Notes under the pieces: model-generated
What the model saw: the letters and a program-made list of their open reading frames with translations, nothing else
What the model was told of the DNA's origin: nothing
Databases searched by the model: none
Program-made: the position numbers and the translations under genes
NCBI GenBank assembly: GCA_042090305.1
Contig: JBELJQ010000006.1
Coordinates: 1-61,177, forward strand
Length of the DNA: 61,177 bases
DNA from: Pelagibacteraceae bacterium
GTDB taxonomy: Bacteria; Pseudomonadota; Alphaproteobacteria; Methylaequorales; Methylaequoraceae
Reading direction: 5' to 3'
Shown here: piece by piece, positions 50,061-60,768 of the stretch
How positions within the stretch are numbered: the stretch's first letter is position 1
Layout: every line of letters starts with the position of its first letter

Positions 50061-51710
50061 TCATTCTTTTAAGTTTTTAGCTAAATTATCAATTATTACA
50101 TCCCCAAGTTTATCTGGGCTATCAATTGTGAAAGCTTTCTTGTAATATTTTGAAACATCGTGACCAATTCCTATTGCTACCAGGTTAATTTTGTTTTCAT
50201 GCTCTATTCCCAAGACGGTTTCTTTTAAATGATTTTCTAAAATATTTGGTTTATTAACTGATAACGTTGAGTCATCTACCGGCGCTCCATCTGAAATAAC
50301 AATCAATATTTTTTTTTTCTCCTGCCTTCTTTTTAACCTTTCGGAGGCCCAAATTAAGGCTTCTCCATCAATATTTTCTTTTAATATTCCATCTTTTAAG
50401 ACAAGTCCAAGGTTTCTTTTAGTATTTTGCCAAGGCATATCAGCATCCTTGTAAATAATATGGAGCAAATCATTCAATCTACCTGGGTTATTAGGCTTAT
50501 TTAATTTTTCCCATTTTTTTTTTGACTCTCCTCCTTTCCACTCTTTAGTAGTGAAGCCAAGTATCTCAACATTCACATTACATTTTTCAAGAGTTTTTGC
50601 TAGAATTTCAACAGTTATTGCAGATGTTATTATTGGTTTTCCTCTCATTGAACCAGAATTATCCATTAAGAGTGTTACAATTGTGTTTTTTTCAATATTC
50701 TTTTTTTCCAACTTATAAATAGATGAGTTGTTATTATTTGCTATGAAAGCTGCAAACTTTGAACCATCAAAATTCCCCTCATCCTGACTAAATTTCCATG
50801 CTGTCGAATCAAAAGCAAGTAATAGTTTTTTTAATTTTTTAACGAGTTCGTTTATTAGATTTGTGTAGTCCTTTGATTCATTATCAAATTTTTTTCGTAG
50901 TTGATTTAACTCATCAAAGCTTACGAGATGACTTGCATTTTTTGAAATATCAAATTCTCTTGTAAATGTCCTGTAGATTTCACTTTTCAGTACAGGTTTA
51001 TCACCTTCACTATTACCTAAATTTTCAGGTGTCTTTATCTTAGAACTTTTTTTTTGTTTAATTGTTTTAACTGGAACTTTTTTTTTTTTAGATTTTTCTT
51101 GTTGGGATGTATTGTCTATTTCTTTATTTGTTTTATTGGTTTTTTTTTCTTTTATTTGTGTTTTTTCCACTTCAATCAAATTGGATATAATATTTGCTTG
51201 TTTATAGAACGCTTCATCGTCATTTATCAAATTAATTAGTAATCTTAATTGAGTATTAATTATTTTAGAGAATTTTTGTTCAAATAAAATATTATTCACT
51301 TTTTTTTTTTGTAGCTTATTAAAAAGGAAATCAAAAAATAATTGTTCGTTATTTTCAGTTCCTTTAAACACAACTTTTTTAATATCTTTAAATATTTTTT
51401 GTATATTAATTTTACAACCAACAAACTCTCCAAACCCTAAAGAAAGTGATCTTGCCTCAAGAATAATTTTAAAAAATTTTTTGCTTAAGTGTTTTTCAGG
51501 TAAATTTCTATTAAATAAGCTTTTATCTATATATCTTATTTTTATTGAGAAGTAATCAAACCATCCCTTTGGAATTTTGTTTTCGTAAAGACTTACAACC
51601 TCACTAAGCTGTTCATTGTCAGAATTTGATGTAAAAACTTCTTTATCAAATGAAATTTTAATTTTGTTTTTTGAAATTACCTTAGCAACTCTTTCATTTT
51701 CATAAATCAT
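50061..51710 (-). CDS. cobT: CobT (vWA chelatase-like subunit)
   Basis: LLMDNSGSMRGKPI, EILGFTT.EWKGG, PGRLNDLLHIIYK.AD, LKENIDGEA, ISDGAPVDDSTLS. Confidence 0.93.
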   Translation of the reverse strand: MIYENERVAKVISKNKIKISFDKEVFTSNSDNEQLSEVVSLYENKIPKGWFDYFSIKIRYIDKSLFNRNLPEKHLSKKFFKIILEARSLSLGFGEFVGCKINIQKIFKDIKKVVFKGTENNEQLFFDFLFNKLQKKKVNNILFEQKFSKIINTQLRLLINLINDDEAFYKQANIISNLIEVEKTQIKEKKTNKTNKEIDNTSQQEKSKKKKVPVKTIKQKKSSKIKTPENLGNSEGDKPVLKSEIYRTFTREFDISKNASHLVSFDELNQLRKKFDNESKDYTNLINELVKKLKKLLLAFDSTAWKFSQDEGNFDGSKFAAFIANNNNSSIYKLEKKNIEKNTIVTLLMDNSGSMRGKPIITSAITVEILAKTLEKCNVNVEILGFTTKEWKGGESKKKWEKLNKPNNPGRLNDLLHIIYKDADMPWQNTKRNLGLVLKDGILKENIDGEALIWASERLKRRQEKKKILIVISDGAPVDDSTLSVNKPNILENHLKETVLGIEHENKINLVAIGIGHDVSKYYKKAFTIDSPDKLGDVIIDNLAKNLKE

Positions 51711-51716
51711 GATCGA

Positions 51717-52673
51717 TTATAAATCTTTACCAAAACATCTTTGATAAAGTTCCTTAATAATTTTTTTATCATTAAAATCACACTTATTTAGAAATGTAAG
51801 TTTAAATGCGTGCTCAAGATCTCCAAAAATTACATAGTTTTCTGCCCACAATATTGAAGTCCTTGGGGACATAGTTACTGATAAGTCTGAGTTTGCAAAT
51901 GCGTCTCTTACAAGATTAGCAAGTTTTATCATAGATGGGAGTAGACTTGAAATTTTTGTCTTATTCTTTTCTAATTTACCCTCTATTATTTTTTTTTCAA
52001 TTTCTGGTTTTATAGAATTTAAAGTTGTAAAAATATTCCACCTATCAAGTTGCCCCTGATTCAAATTCTGAGTACCGCTGTAAAGTCCTGAGTTATCTCC
52101 TGAACCCAATGTGTTACATGTCCCAAATATTCTAAAAAAAGGGTGAGGAGTAATGACTTTATTTTGATCTAGTAAGGTTAGCTTACCATCAGCCTCTAAA
52201 ATTCTTTGAATTACAAACATCACATCCGGTCTTCCAGCATCATATTCATCTAGGACAAGGGCAACAGGGTTTTGAATTGCCCAAGGTAAAAGTCCCTCTT
52301 TAAAAGTTGTAACTTGCTTATTGTCTTTTAGAACAATAGAGTCCTTTCCCAAAAGGTCAAATCTACTTATATGTCCATCTAAATTTATTCTTAAACATGG
52401 CCAATTTAATCTAGCTGCAATTTGCTCAATATGAGAGGATTTTCCAGTTCCATGTAAACCTTGAACAAGAACTTTTTTGTTGTGCTTGAATCCAACTAAG
52501 ATTGAGGTAGATGTTACTTCATCAAAAACATAGTTTTCATCTATATTCGGAACGAGATCACTTTTTTTTTCAAAAGATGGTATCTTTAATTTTTTTTTTA
52601 TCCCAAATAAAAATGAACTATCTACTGTTTTTTTGGGAATTTGATTTTCAATATTTTTAGAATCTATCTGCAA
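51717..52673 (-). CDS. cobS: CobS AAA+ ATPase
   Basis: QGLHGTGKSSHIEQIAARLNWPC, DEYDAGRPDVMFVIQR, GLYSGTQ..NQGQLDRW, MSPRT; TTG start. Confidence 0.95.
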   Translation of the reverse strand: MQIDSKNIENQIPKKTVDSSFLFGIKKKLKIPSFEKKSDLVPNIDENYVFDEVTSTSILVGFKHNKKVLVQGLHGTGKSSHIEQIAARLNWPCLRINLDGHISRFDLLGKDSIVLKDNKQVTTFKEGLLPWAIQNPVALVLDEYDAGRPDVMFVIQRILEADGKLTLLDQNKVITPHPFFRIFGTCNTLGSGDNSGLYSGTQNLNQGQLDRWNIFTTLNSIKPEIEKKIIEGKLEKNKTKISSLLPSMIKLANLVRDAFANSDLSVTMSPRTSILWAENYVIFGDLEHAFKLTFLNKCDFNDKKIIKELYQRCFGKDL

Positions 52674-52676
52674 CTT

Positions 52677-53240
52677 TTAATCCTTAGTATTATTTATTAA
52701 TATTTTATAGGCATTATTAATTTCTTTCATTTTCTTTTCTTTATTTTTTATTTTGTTTTTAACATCTGGGTGATATTTTTTTACCAACAATTTGTATTTT
52801 CTTTTTAAATCTTCTTTATTGAAATTTTTATCTAGTTTGAATATGTTTAAGGCTTTTTTGAAATCACCATTTAAGCTTATTACATTATCATTTACAAACC
52901 TTTTTGATCTTTCTTTGAAGCCAATACTATCTTTTTCAAATTGAAAATTGAATTCGAATTTTATCTTTGAGCTAGCTCCCCTTGAGAATGGATATGTGGG
53001 TCTTCCTTCAAAAAAATCGTTCTTTTGATATTTATAAATTTCATTTTGTGATTTTCCTGCAAAAAAATTCCATCTCTTATTATACAACTTGATGTGTTTC
53101 AGGCAAAAAAAATAATTTTCTTTACTATTAGGAGATTTAGGTGCAATAAAATCTCCATTTTCTTCACAATTTTTCTCATCACATTCTCTTGCTGGAGAAA
53201 TAGTGTTACAAAAAAATTTATTTTTAGATTTATTTTTCAT
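52677..53240 (-). CDS. J-domain protein
   Basis: C....C...G...APKSP, FCL.H...YN..WNFF.G, C-terminal YK.LVKKYHPD, INNAY. Confidence 0.9.
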   Translation of the reverse strand: MKNKSKNKFFCNTISPARECDEKNCEENGDFIAPKSPNSKENYFFCLKHIKLYNKRWNFFAGKSQNEIYKYQKNDFFEGRPTYPFSRGASSKIKFEFNFQFEKDSIGFKERSKRFVNDNVISLNGDFKKALNIFKLDKNFNKEDLKRKYKLLVKKYHPDVKNKIKNKEKKMKEINNAYKILINNTKD

Positions 53241-53270
53241 TACTTTCTATAATATCATAATATAAAATCT

Positions 53271-53525
53271 ATGAACGAATCAATAATCTTCAAGAAACTA
53301 AACGAATATTTCACACCAACATTTTTAGAAATAAAGAATGAATCTGAAAAACATGCAAACCATGAAGGTAGTCCAAACACTGGTGATTCACACTTTTATG
53401 TAATTATTAAGTGTGAAAGGTTGAAGAATTTAAGCAGGCTCGAGGGTCAAAGAGAAATTTTTAAAGTTCTTGAAAAAGAAATGAACCATGGTATTCACGC
53501 CTTAAGAATAAAAATTATGTACTAA
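53271..53525 (+). CDS. bolA: BolA family protein
   Basis: NESEKHA.H.G....GDSHF, SRL..QR, IHAL.I. Confidence 0.92.
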   Translation: MNESIIFKKLNEYFTPTFLEIKNESEKHANHEGSPNTGDSHFYVIIKCERLKNLSRLEGQREIFKVLEKEMNHGIHALRIKIMY

Positions 53526-53980
53526 GAACCATAACCAGTTCCAAACATAAATTCTTGGTGCTGTTTTAGGGAATCTTGTAGTTGATTGTTAGCAAAGTCG
53601 TAAAGATCCCTCATAGAGAGGATCCCAACAATTTTTTTCTTGTCTGTAACAGGTAAGTGACGGAAACCCTTAGCTTTCATGATTTGTATAGCATCGAGTG
53701 TTGTTTTTTTTGGTGAAATAGTATCAACATTTTTTGTCATAATCTCTCCAACTATAGTTTTTTTAGGGTCTAAACCTTTTGGTATTACCCTAAAAGCTAA
53801 ATCTCTTTCCGTAATTATACCCACAAGCGTTCCATCTTGTGTTTTTGAATCGCAAACTAATAGCGCTCCACATCTATTTTTTAACATGGTAACTGCTGCA
53901 TCATAGGCAGAAGAATAATCATCTATTAAAACCAATCTCTGATTGATTAGAACCTTATCAAGTAAATCTTGAATCTTCAT
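53522..53980 (-). CDS. CBS-domain protein
   Basis: GALLV, LVGIITERD, IMT, FRHLPV, VGILSMRD. Confidence 0.9.
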   Translation of the reverse strand: MKIQDLLDKVLINQRLVLIDDYSSAYDAAVTMLKNRCGALLVCDSKTQDGTLVGIITERDLAFRVIPKGLDPKKTIVGEIMTKNVDTISPKKTTLDAIQIMKAKGFRHLPVTDKKKIVGILSMRDLYDFANNQLQDSLKQHQEFMFGTGYGS

Positions 53981-54029
53981 TTAAAAATCTCCCCAATTTT
54001 ATACTAATACTTTTTTAAGAATTTTAAAA

Positions 54030-55304
54030 TTATTTTTTTTTAGATATTTTTAGAACAGTTATCTGATTATTTTTTTTTGATAAGATTTCAAATTTAAGTC
54101 CAAAAAACGAAAAAATCTGACCTTTCTTTGGAATTATTCTACTTTCATATAAAACAAGCCCAGCAATAGTTGAAGCTTCGTTTAGTGGTAAATTGATATT
54201 TAATTCTTTATTAAGATCTCTTATGTTGACAGTCCCTTTAACCAAAAAAGTTGTTTTTGATAATTTCTTCACACCTTCCATCCCCTCAGAATCCTTCAGC
54301 ACATCCAACTCATCATCAATATCTCCGACAATTTCCTCAATTACATCCTCAAGCGTTATTATTCCAAGAAACTCTCCATATTCGTCAACTACTATGGAAA
54401 AGTGTTCTTTTCTTTTTTTAAATTCCATTAGTTGTATATCTAATTTGGTTGATTCTGGTATAAACCAGGGCTTTTGACAAAGTGATTTAATATTAAAGCT
54501 TTTTGATTCCAAGTTTATTCCTATTAATTTTTTTACATGCAAGATACCAATAATATTTTCGGGATTTTTTTCCCAGATTGGAATTCTAGAGTGAGGAGAG
54601 TCCTTTAGTTTTAGAAGAAGTTCGTCATATAATATATTTGATGGTAAACTATAGATATCTTTTCTGGGAACCATTATTGACCCCGCAGTTATTTCATCAA
54701 GATCTAATATTGACTTCAACATGTTTCTCTCATCATTTGTTGATGGGTGTTGACCGTGCAAATCGATTGCACCTCTTAATTCTTCCTCTCTATTTTCAAA
54801 TAATTCTTCTTTATTTATTGTTTTGTAGTCAACTCCAAGAAGTCGAAGAAGAAAACTAACTAAAATATTTAAGAATTTTGTTAGTGGATACAAAATAAAT
54901 ATTATCACTCTCATTATAGGGGCTATACGTAAGGCTAGTTTATCAGCATTAGATAGTGCCAATGTTTTTGGAATTAATTCACCGAAAATTAGAATCATGA
55001 GTGTCATTATTATTGTTGCATAAACAATGCCTTCATCATCAGTAATTTCAATCAGAATTTTAGTTGCTATTGCAGAGGCTAAAACATTTACAAGGTTGTT
55101 TGCAAATAGAATTGTTCCAATAAGAATTTCTTTATCTTTAAATATCTTAGTAAATAGTTTTGCCTTTTTGTCACCAGTTTTTGCTAATTCATGCATTCTT
55201 GGCTTGGATGCCGATGTTAATGATGTTTCCGAACCAGAAAAAAAACCTGAAATAATTATCAAGCCAATTATTGATCCGATTAATACTGAAATAGAAAATT
55301 CCAT
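54030..55304 (-). CDS. HlyC/CorC (CNNM) family transporter
   Basis: SGFFSGSETSL, NNLVN, FGELIPKT, HSRIP, VVDEYG...G.ITLED.IEEIVG.I.DE. Confidence 0.92.
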   Translation of the reverse strand: MEFSISVLIGSIIGLIIISGFFSGSETSLTSASKPRMHELAKTGDKKAKLFTKIFKDKEILIGTILFANNLVNVLASAIATKILIEITDDEGIVYATIIMTLMILIFGELIPKTLALSNADKLALRIAPIMRVIIFILYPLTKFLNILVSFLLRLLGVDYKTINKEELFENREEELRGAIDLHGQHPSTNDERNMLKSILDLDEITAGSIMVPRKDIYSLPSNILYDELLLKLKDSPHSRIPIWEKNPENIIGILHVKKLIGINLESKSFNIKSLCQKPWFIPESTKLDIQLMEFKKRKEHFSIVVDEYGEFLGIITLEDVIEEIVGDIDDELDVLKDSEGMEGVKKLSKTTFLVKGTVNIRDLNKELNINLPLNEASTIAGLVLYESRIIPKKGQIFSFFGLKFEILSKKNNQITVLKISKKK

Positions 55305-56410
55305 TATTTTAAAATCTCATTTTTAATAAAGTTGAAAAGTAACTTTTCATTATCTAAAAAGTATGTTTTCACCCTTCCAATGTCATTGAGGAGTATAAAT
55401 TTAATTTTTTTATTTTTTATCTTCTTATCAAATCTTAAATGTTTAATGAATAAAGTTGGTGATATTTTAATTTTATAATCATGAATTTTATACTTAATAT
55501 TCAAATTTTCTAGATGTCTTTCATATTTTTTTATAATTTCTTTATTGCAAAAACCTAAAAAGACTGAGAACTTGATTGCGATATACATCCCTAGAATAAT
55601 AGACTCACCGTGATTAAGCTTTTTACTATACCCGGTTAATGATTCTAAAGCGTGTCCAAAAGTATGACCAAAATTCAATATTTCTCTTACGCCTTTTTCT
55701 TTTTCATCATTTGATACAACCTGAGACTTAATTTTACAACTTTCTTTAATTGCTTTTGAACATGCTTGAACATTTAAATTTATTATTTTTTTACCATTCA
55801 CATTTAACCAATCAAAGAAAGGTTTACTTTTAATAAGTGAATATTTTAAAATTTCAGCATAACCAGAAATTAATTGTCTCTTAGGAAGCTTCTTTAAAAA
55901 TGATAGGGATATGAGAACAACTTTAGGTTGATTAAAGGTACCAATTAAATTTTTTCCATATTTTGAATTAATAGCAGTTTTTCCTCCAACAGAACTGTCT
56001 ACTTGAGAGAGTAATGTTGTAGGAACTTGGATAAAATCTATTCCTCTTAATGTGATACTTGCGATTAATCCTGTTAAATCACCAATAACTCCCCCTCCCA
56101 TACAAACTAATAAAGCATTTCTATCAATTCTTTTACTTAATAATTTATCCAATATGATCTCAAGATATTTGAAACTTTTAGTTTTCTCACCTTCTGGCAG
56201 CACTATTTTTTCATAAACGAATTTTTTTTTTAGTTTATCTAACTCTATCTTAAATTCGTTATTTACGTTTTTATCAGTAATTATGAATACTTTAGAATAG
56301 GTATGCGATTTAGGAATTAGGCTACTAAGTTTAAAGGGAAACTTTTCATCAATAAAAATCTTATAGGATTTATTCCCAAGTTTCACAGGTATGGTGTGTA
56401 AATGAGTCAT
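55304..56410 (-). CDS. aroB: 3-dehydroquinate synthase
   Basis: GGGVIGDL.G, QVPTTLLSQVDSSVGGKT, KNLIG.F.QP, LNFGHTFGHALE, HGE. Confidence 0.96.
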   Translation of the reverse strand: MTHLHTIPVKLGNKSYKIFIDEKFPFKLSSLIPKSHTYSKVFIITDKNVNNEFKIELDKLKKKFVYEKIVLPEGEKTKSFKYLEIILDKLLSKRIDRNALLVCMGGGVIGDLTGLIASITLRGIDFIQVPTTLLSQVDSSVGGKTAINSKYGKNLIGTFNQPKVVLISLSFLKKLPKRQLISGYAEILKYSLIKSKPFFDWLNVNGKKIINLNVQACSKAIKESCKIKSQVVSNDEKEKGVREILNFGHTFGHALESLTGYSKKLNHGESIILGMYIAIKFSVFLGFCNKEIIKKYERHLENLNIKYKIHDYKIKISPTLFIKHLRFDKKIKNKKIKFILLNDIGRVKTYFLDNEKLLFNFIKNEILK

Positions 56411-56411
56411 T

Positions 56412-56930
56412 TTAGAAAATTTCTTTTATAATCTTTTGCGCCACCTGTTCAGCTGATAAATTATCTACAATTACCATATGTTCGGCCATCATATAATTTT
56501 TTTTCCTATTCTTATATAACTTTTCAATATTATCGATCAAGGAACCTTTATTTAATAGAGGTCTATTCATGAAGTTTTTTTTAAGTCTACCAGTTAATGT
56601 ATCTATACTAGAATTCAAAAAAAGTGTGAGTGAATTTTCAATTATAAAATCCCTAATTTCAATGTCACTAAAGATACCACCTCCAGTTGAAATAACAAGA
56701 TTATCTTTATTAAGTACTATATTCTTCATAATTTTTTTTTCAATCTTTCTGAATTCAACTTCACCATATTTAGAAAAAAAGTCTGCAATTTTAAATTTTG
56801 TAATGTTTTCAAATTCATTGTCAACATCTATAAATTCTCTATCTAGTTTTTTCGATAATAACCTTCCAACAGTTGTTTTTCCAACACCACTCATACCCAC
56901 AAGCACAATATTATTTGATGATTTACTCAT
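56412..56930 (-). CDS. aroK: Shikimate kinase
   Basis: LVGMSGVGKTTVG, GE.EFR..E, ISTGGG, RPLL. Confidence 0.95.
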   Translation of the reverse strand: MSKSSNNIVLVGMSGVGKTTVGRLLSKKLDREFIDVDNEFENITKFKIADFFSKYGEVEFRKIEKKIMKNIVLNKDNLVISTGGGIFSDIEIRDFIIENSLTLFLNSSIDTLTGRLKKNFMNRPLLNKGSLIDNIEKLYKNRKKNYMMAEHMVIVDNLSAEQVAQKIIKEIF

Positions 56931-57005
56931 ATTTTATTTAATAATAATATTTAGTTTATTTGAATTGTTTTTTTTTTTATTATAATAGCGTAAATTAATA
57001 AGCTC

Positions 57006-57137
57006 ATGGATAAACTTATTTTAAAAATTCTAATATCAGTCTGTATTGTTTTAATGGTTTTTATAATTTACCTAGGAACAACAGACTTTATTGTTGGGCC
57101 GAAAACAGTGGAGAGTGAGTATTTGCTTGAAAAATAA
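57006..57137 (+). CDS. 43-aa single-pass membrane protein (below the ORF-track cut-off)
   Basis: MDKLILKILISVCIVLMVFIIYLGTTDFIVGPKTVESEYLLEK*; stop overlaps the next gene start. Confidence 0.7.
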   Translation: MDKLILKILISVCIVLMVFIIYLGTTDFIVGPKTVESEYLLEK

Positions 57138-58788
57138 ATTCTTAATTGTTGTTTTGAGTGTATTCTTAGTTAAAACTACATTTTCTCAACAAATAACTTT
57201 CGGAGATGATCCAAATTTCGATAGAAATATATCGAATAATTTCGAATTTAAAATTTTCCCAGATGATCAGGAAAATAAATGGAAAAATATATTTAAAAAC
57301 AAAAATTTTGTTGAAATCTCAAGTTTTTTTAATAATTTGCCTTTGAATAGCAGAGATGAAGTAGTACAGAACATTATATTTGATATTTTGTCTTCAACAA
57401 AATCTTTTGATGATAGAGTACTTTCATCTGATGAATTCAAAAAGATTTTTAACCTTATTGTTAAAAACTTATTTATAACTGGAAGGTTTAATGAAATAGA
57501 AATTCTTTATTCTCAGAACCCCAAGCTCAATAATGATAGTTACATACTACAAAAAATGATTGAAGGAAATCTTCTTCGTAATAGACACTCTGAAGCATGC
57601 AAGATTCTTGAAAAAAACTTCAATGAAGATCTGGTTAATTTAGGCAAAACTATGATTATGTGTAATATTCTTAACAATAGGTTTGAACAAGCAAAACTAG
57701 GACTTCAACTTTTGAAAGAGCAAAATAATCCTGGTGATATTTTTTTTATTGAGCTAGCCTTTTCACTGATGATGGAAAGAGATAGTTTAAATTCAAAAGA
57801 GCTAAAAAAAACACTGAATCAGGTTAAAGAGTTAAACCCTATTATTATATCTTCGCTACAATTTGCTGATATTTCTCCTAGCTTTGAACAAATCGAGAAA
57901 CTTAGTATAAGCGGACTTTTATCTCTGCTTTCAAACCCATCTGTTGAAAAAGAGCTAAAGATATACTGTGCTGAAATTCTTGTTAAAATTGGAAGAATTG
58001 ATGTGGATATGCTTTCAGATGCTTATCAATTGGCAAGATTTAAACCATCAGAAATTGAAAAGGCAAATAAGTTATTCAAAACCTTATCTCCAAATAGAGC
58101 CAGACCATTATTATTTCAGTCAATATTAAGAGATGAAAAATTAGAAACAAAAATTGACAAAATTGTATCCTTAGTCAAAGTTTCTCAGAATGATAATCTT
58201 GTAAAACAAGTTTCTCATTTAATTGATATCTCAGAAGAATTTTCAACATCAATGAAGAGCCATGAAGCTTCAATTTTAATTTCAAAAATTTATCAGTCAA
58301 AAAGAATGTTTGAGGAGGCAAAATTCTCATTGAAGCAGAATTATAAAAAACCTGAAAGTGATTATAGAAAAATTGCTTTAGAAATGGCAGAGCTAATTTA
58401 TAAACCTGATAGAAATTACTATGAATTAGAAAATGATTTAGAACTTATTAAATCTATTGAAAATCAAGAATCAATATTCCTAAAAAAATTATTAATGATT
58501 ATGATAATGAACCTCGAGTTAGATAACGAAGTAGTGAAAAATTTTAGAGACATGTCAATTTCTAAGGACCAAAAAATATCTGGAAAAGATTTTAAAAACT
58601 TATTACTAGCTGAAAAGCTATCAAGTAAAAAAGATTATTTTAATTCTATCTCTATTTTATTTGATATCGTTGGTACGCAAGATTTTGAGAATCTTAATCT
58701 CATAGAAAGTTATACTGTTCTGACTATACTTAAAAATTTAGAACTTAATTCTGAATTTGAAAAATTTACAGAGAGAATTTTACTATGA
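57127..58788 (+). CDS. Secreted alpha-helical hypothetical protein upstream of xerD
   Basis: TTG start gives signal peptide LKNKFLIVVLSVFLVKTTFSQ; long open frame whose stop overlaps the xerD ATG. Confidence 0.7.
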   Translation: MKNKFLIVVLSVFLVKTTFSQQITFGDDPNFDRNISNNFEFKIFPDDQENKWKNIFKNKNFVEISSFFNNLPLNSRDEVVQNIIFDILSSTKSFDDRVLSSDEFKKIFNLIVKNLFITGRFNEIEILYSQNPKLNNDSYILQKMIEGNLLRNRHSEACKILEKNFNEDLVNLGKTMIMCNILNNRFEQAKLGLQLLKEQNNPGDIFFIELAFSLMMERDSLNSKELKKTLNQVKELNPIIISSLQFADISPSFEQIEKLSISGLLSLLSNPSVEKELKIYCAEILVKIGRIDVDMLSDAYQLARFKPSEIEKANKLFKTLSPNRARPLLFQSILRDEKLETKIDKIVSLVKVSQNDNLVKQVSHLIDISEEFSTSMKSHEASILISKIYQSKRMFEEAKFSLKQNYKKPESDYRKIALEMAELIYKPDRNYYELENDLELIKSIENQESIFLKKLLMIMIMNLELDNEVVKNFRDMSISKDQKISGKDFKNLLLAEKLSSKKDYFNSISILFDIVGTQDFENLNLIESYTVLTILKNLELNSEFEKFTERILL

Positions 58789-59708
58789 ATAATAAAGTTC
58801 TTAATTTAATTGAAAAATACTTAGAATTTATAGTTGCAAATAAAAATTTATCAAACAACACTTATAAATCATATAAAAATGATATTTGCGAATATGTAAG
58901 ACTATTCAAAAATAAGGGTATTTCTGATTTAAATTCAAATAAAATTGAGGTTTATTTAAAATATCTATCTGAAAGTTTTTCTATTAGGACGCACTGTAGA
59001 AAGTTATCTTCTGTTAAAAACTTTTATAAATTTTTATACGATAAGCGAATTTTAGAATTCAATATTTTTTCAAATATTGATTTCCCTAAGATCACAAGAA
59101 ATATTCCAAAAGTATTAACAGAAAATGAAATACTAGAATTAATCAGAAAAAGTAATGAAGATAAAACTTTTAAGGGTTTAAGGTTATCACTTATGATAGA
59201 GCTACTTTATGGAACAGGAATAAGAGTATCAGAGATGGTTAGTCTAAAAATTGAAGATATCACTGAAAATTTCTCAGCAATAATTATCACTTCAAAAGGA
59301 GATAAAGAGAGAGTAATTCCACTTTTGGATTGTGTAAGAAAATCATTACACAACTACTTAAAAAATTTAAATAAGAATTTGGAATCTAAACAAAGATCTA
59401 AGTATCTCTTTCCATCAAATTCGCAAAAAGGGTATATAACCAGAAATAGATTTTTTCAGCTACTACAAAATCTTGGGATTAAAAATGGTCTATCAAAAGA
59501 GAGGATATCTCCTCATACTTTACGTCATTCTTTTGCAACTCATTTACTCCAAAAAGGTGCAGATTTAAGACTCATTCAGGAATCTTTAGGTCATAGCGAT
59601 ATTTCTACGACAGAAATTTATACCCATGTAGATAGTAATCGTTTAAGAAATGTGTTAAAAAACAAACATTCGTTAAATAAAAAAATAGATAAATTAATTA
59701 AAATTTAG
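58785..59708 (+). CDS. xerD: Tyrosine recombinase XerD
   Basis: LYGTGIRVSE, KG.KER.IP, SPHTLRHSFATHLL..GADLR.IQ..LGHSDISTTEIYTHV; aroK/accA context. Confidence 0.92.
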   Translation: MNNKVLNLIEKYLEFIVANKNLSNNTYKSYKNDICEYVRLFKNKGISDLNSNKIEVYLKYLSESFSIRTHCRKLSSVKNFYKFLYDKRILEFNIFSNIDFPKITRNIPKVLTENEILELIRKSNEDKTFKGLRLSLMIELLYGTGIRVSEMVSLKIEDITENFSAIIITSKGDKERVIPLLDCVRKSLHNYLKNLNKNLESKQRSKYLFPSNSQKGYITRNRFFQLLQNLGIKNGLSKERISPHTLRHSFATHLLQKGADLRLIQESLGHSDISTTEIYTHVDSNRLRNVLKNKHSLNKKIDKLIKI

Positions 59709-59772
59709 TTTGCGTTTATAACTTAAATCATATTATAAATATTTCTGTTATAAATCTTACAAAGAGGAAATT

Positions 59773-60747
59773 ATGAGTTTTAAAATCATTGACCAAGCTA
59801 AACCACGTTTAAACAGAAGTGAACTTGCAGTTCCAGGAAGTAATCCTTCATTATTTGAAAAAGCTGCCAAAAGCAATGTGGATGTAATATTTTTAGATTT
59901 AGAGGATGCCGTTGCACCTGATGAAAAAGAACAGGCTAGAAAAAATATAATAGAAGCTTTGAATGATATTGACTGGAATGATAAAACCATGTCTGTTCGA
60001 ATAAATGGTCTTGATACTCATTACATGTACAGAGATGTTGTTGATCTTATAGAAAAAGCTCCCAATAAATTAGATTTAATAATGATACCAAAAGTAGGTA
60101 CCTATTCTGATGTTTATGCAGTTGATATGCTTTGCACGCAGGCAGAAGATGCAATGGGAGTAAAAAAAAAAATAGGTTTTGAATTAATAATTGAAACAGC
60201 CCTGGGCATGCAAAATGTTAATGAAATAGCTTCATATCCTAGAAGACTTGAATCGCTTCATTTTGGTGTTGCTGATTATGCCGCTTCAACTAAAGCTAAA
60301 ACAACTGTGATTGGTGGACCAAACCCTAATTATCATGTTTTAACTGACAAGGATGGAGATAATCCAAGAGAAAAACATTGGGGAGATATGTGGCATCATG
60401 CAGTTTCTAAGATGGTCATTGCAGCTAGAGCAAACGGGTTAAGACCTATTGACGGACCTTTTGGAGACTTCAATGATCCTGACGGATATATCGCACAAGC
60501 AAATAGATCGGCTACTCTTGGGTGTGAGGGAAAGTGGGCAATCCATCCAAGTCAAATTGATTTAGCCAATCAAGTCATGAGTCCATCTGATAAAGAAATC
60601 AATCAGGCTAAGCGAATACTTGAGGCAATGGAAACTGCAAAGAAAGAAGGGAAAGGCGCTGTATCTCTTGACGGAAGACTAATCGATATAGCTTCTATCA
60701 GACAAGCAGAGGTGCTTGTTGAGAAAGCTAAATTGATAGAAGGTTGA
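59773..60747 (+). CDS. mcl: L-malyl-CoA/beta-methylmalyl-CoA lyase
   Basis: MSF..I.QA.PRLNRSELAVPGSNP, FLDLEDAVAPD, RINGLDTHYMYRDV, HFGVADYAAS, DGPFGDF, GCEGKWAIHPSQ; AGAGG RBS. Confidence 0.95.
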   Translation: MSFKIIDQAKPRLNRSELAVPGSNPSLFEKAAKSNVDVIFLDLEDAVAPDEKEQARKNIIEALNDIDWNDKTMSVRINGLDTHYMYRDVVDLIEKAPNKLDLIMIPKVGTYSDVYAVDMLCTQAEDAMGVKKKIGFELIIETALGMQNVNEIASYPRRLESLHFGVADYAASTKAKTTVIGGPNPNYHVLTDKDGDNPREKHWGDMWHHAVSKMVIAARANGLRPIDGPFGDFNDPDGYIAQANRSATLGCEGKWAIHPSQIDLANQVMSPSDKEINQAKRILEAMETAKKEGKGAVSLDGRLIDIASIRQAEVLVEKAKLIEG

Positions 60748-60768
60748 TAGAATGCAAGTTTTATAAAA

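Noticed and set aside
50061-52673. cobST as evidence of B12 biosynthesis
   Set aside because: No cobN or other cob genes here; the J-domain/cobS/cobT/bolA block is widespread in alphaproteobacteria irrespective of corrin synthesis.
58785-59708. Tyrosine recombinase as a phage or island integrase
   Set aside because: Housekeeping XerD motifs and context; no att sites or cargo genes.
60745-60750. Readthrough at the mcl TGA
   Set aside because: Immediately followed by an in-frame TAG, unlike fae.
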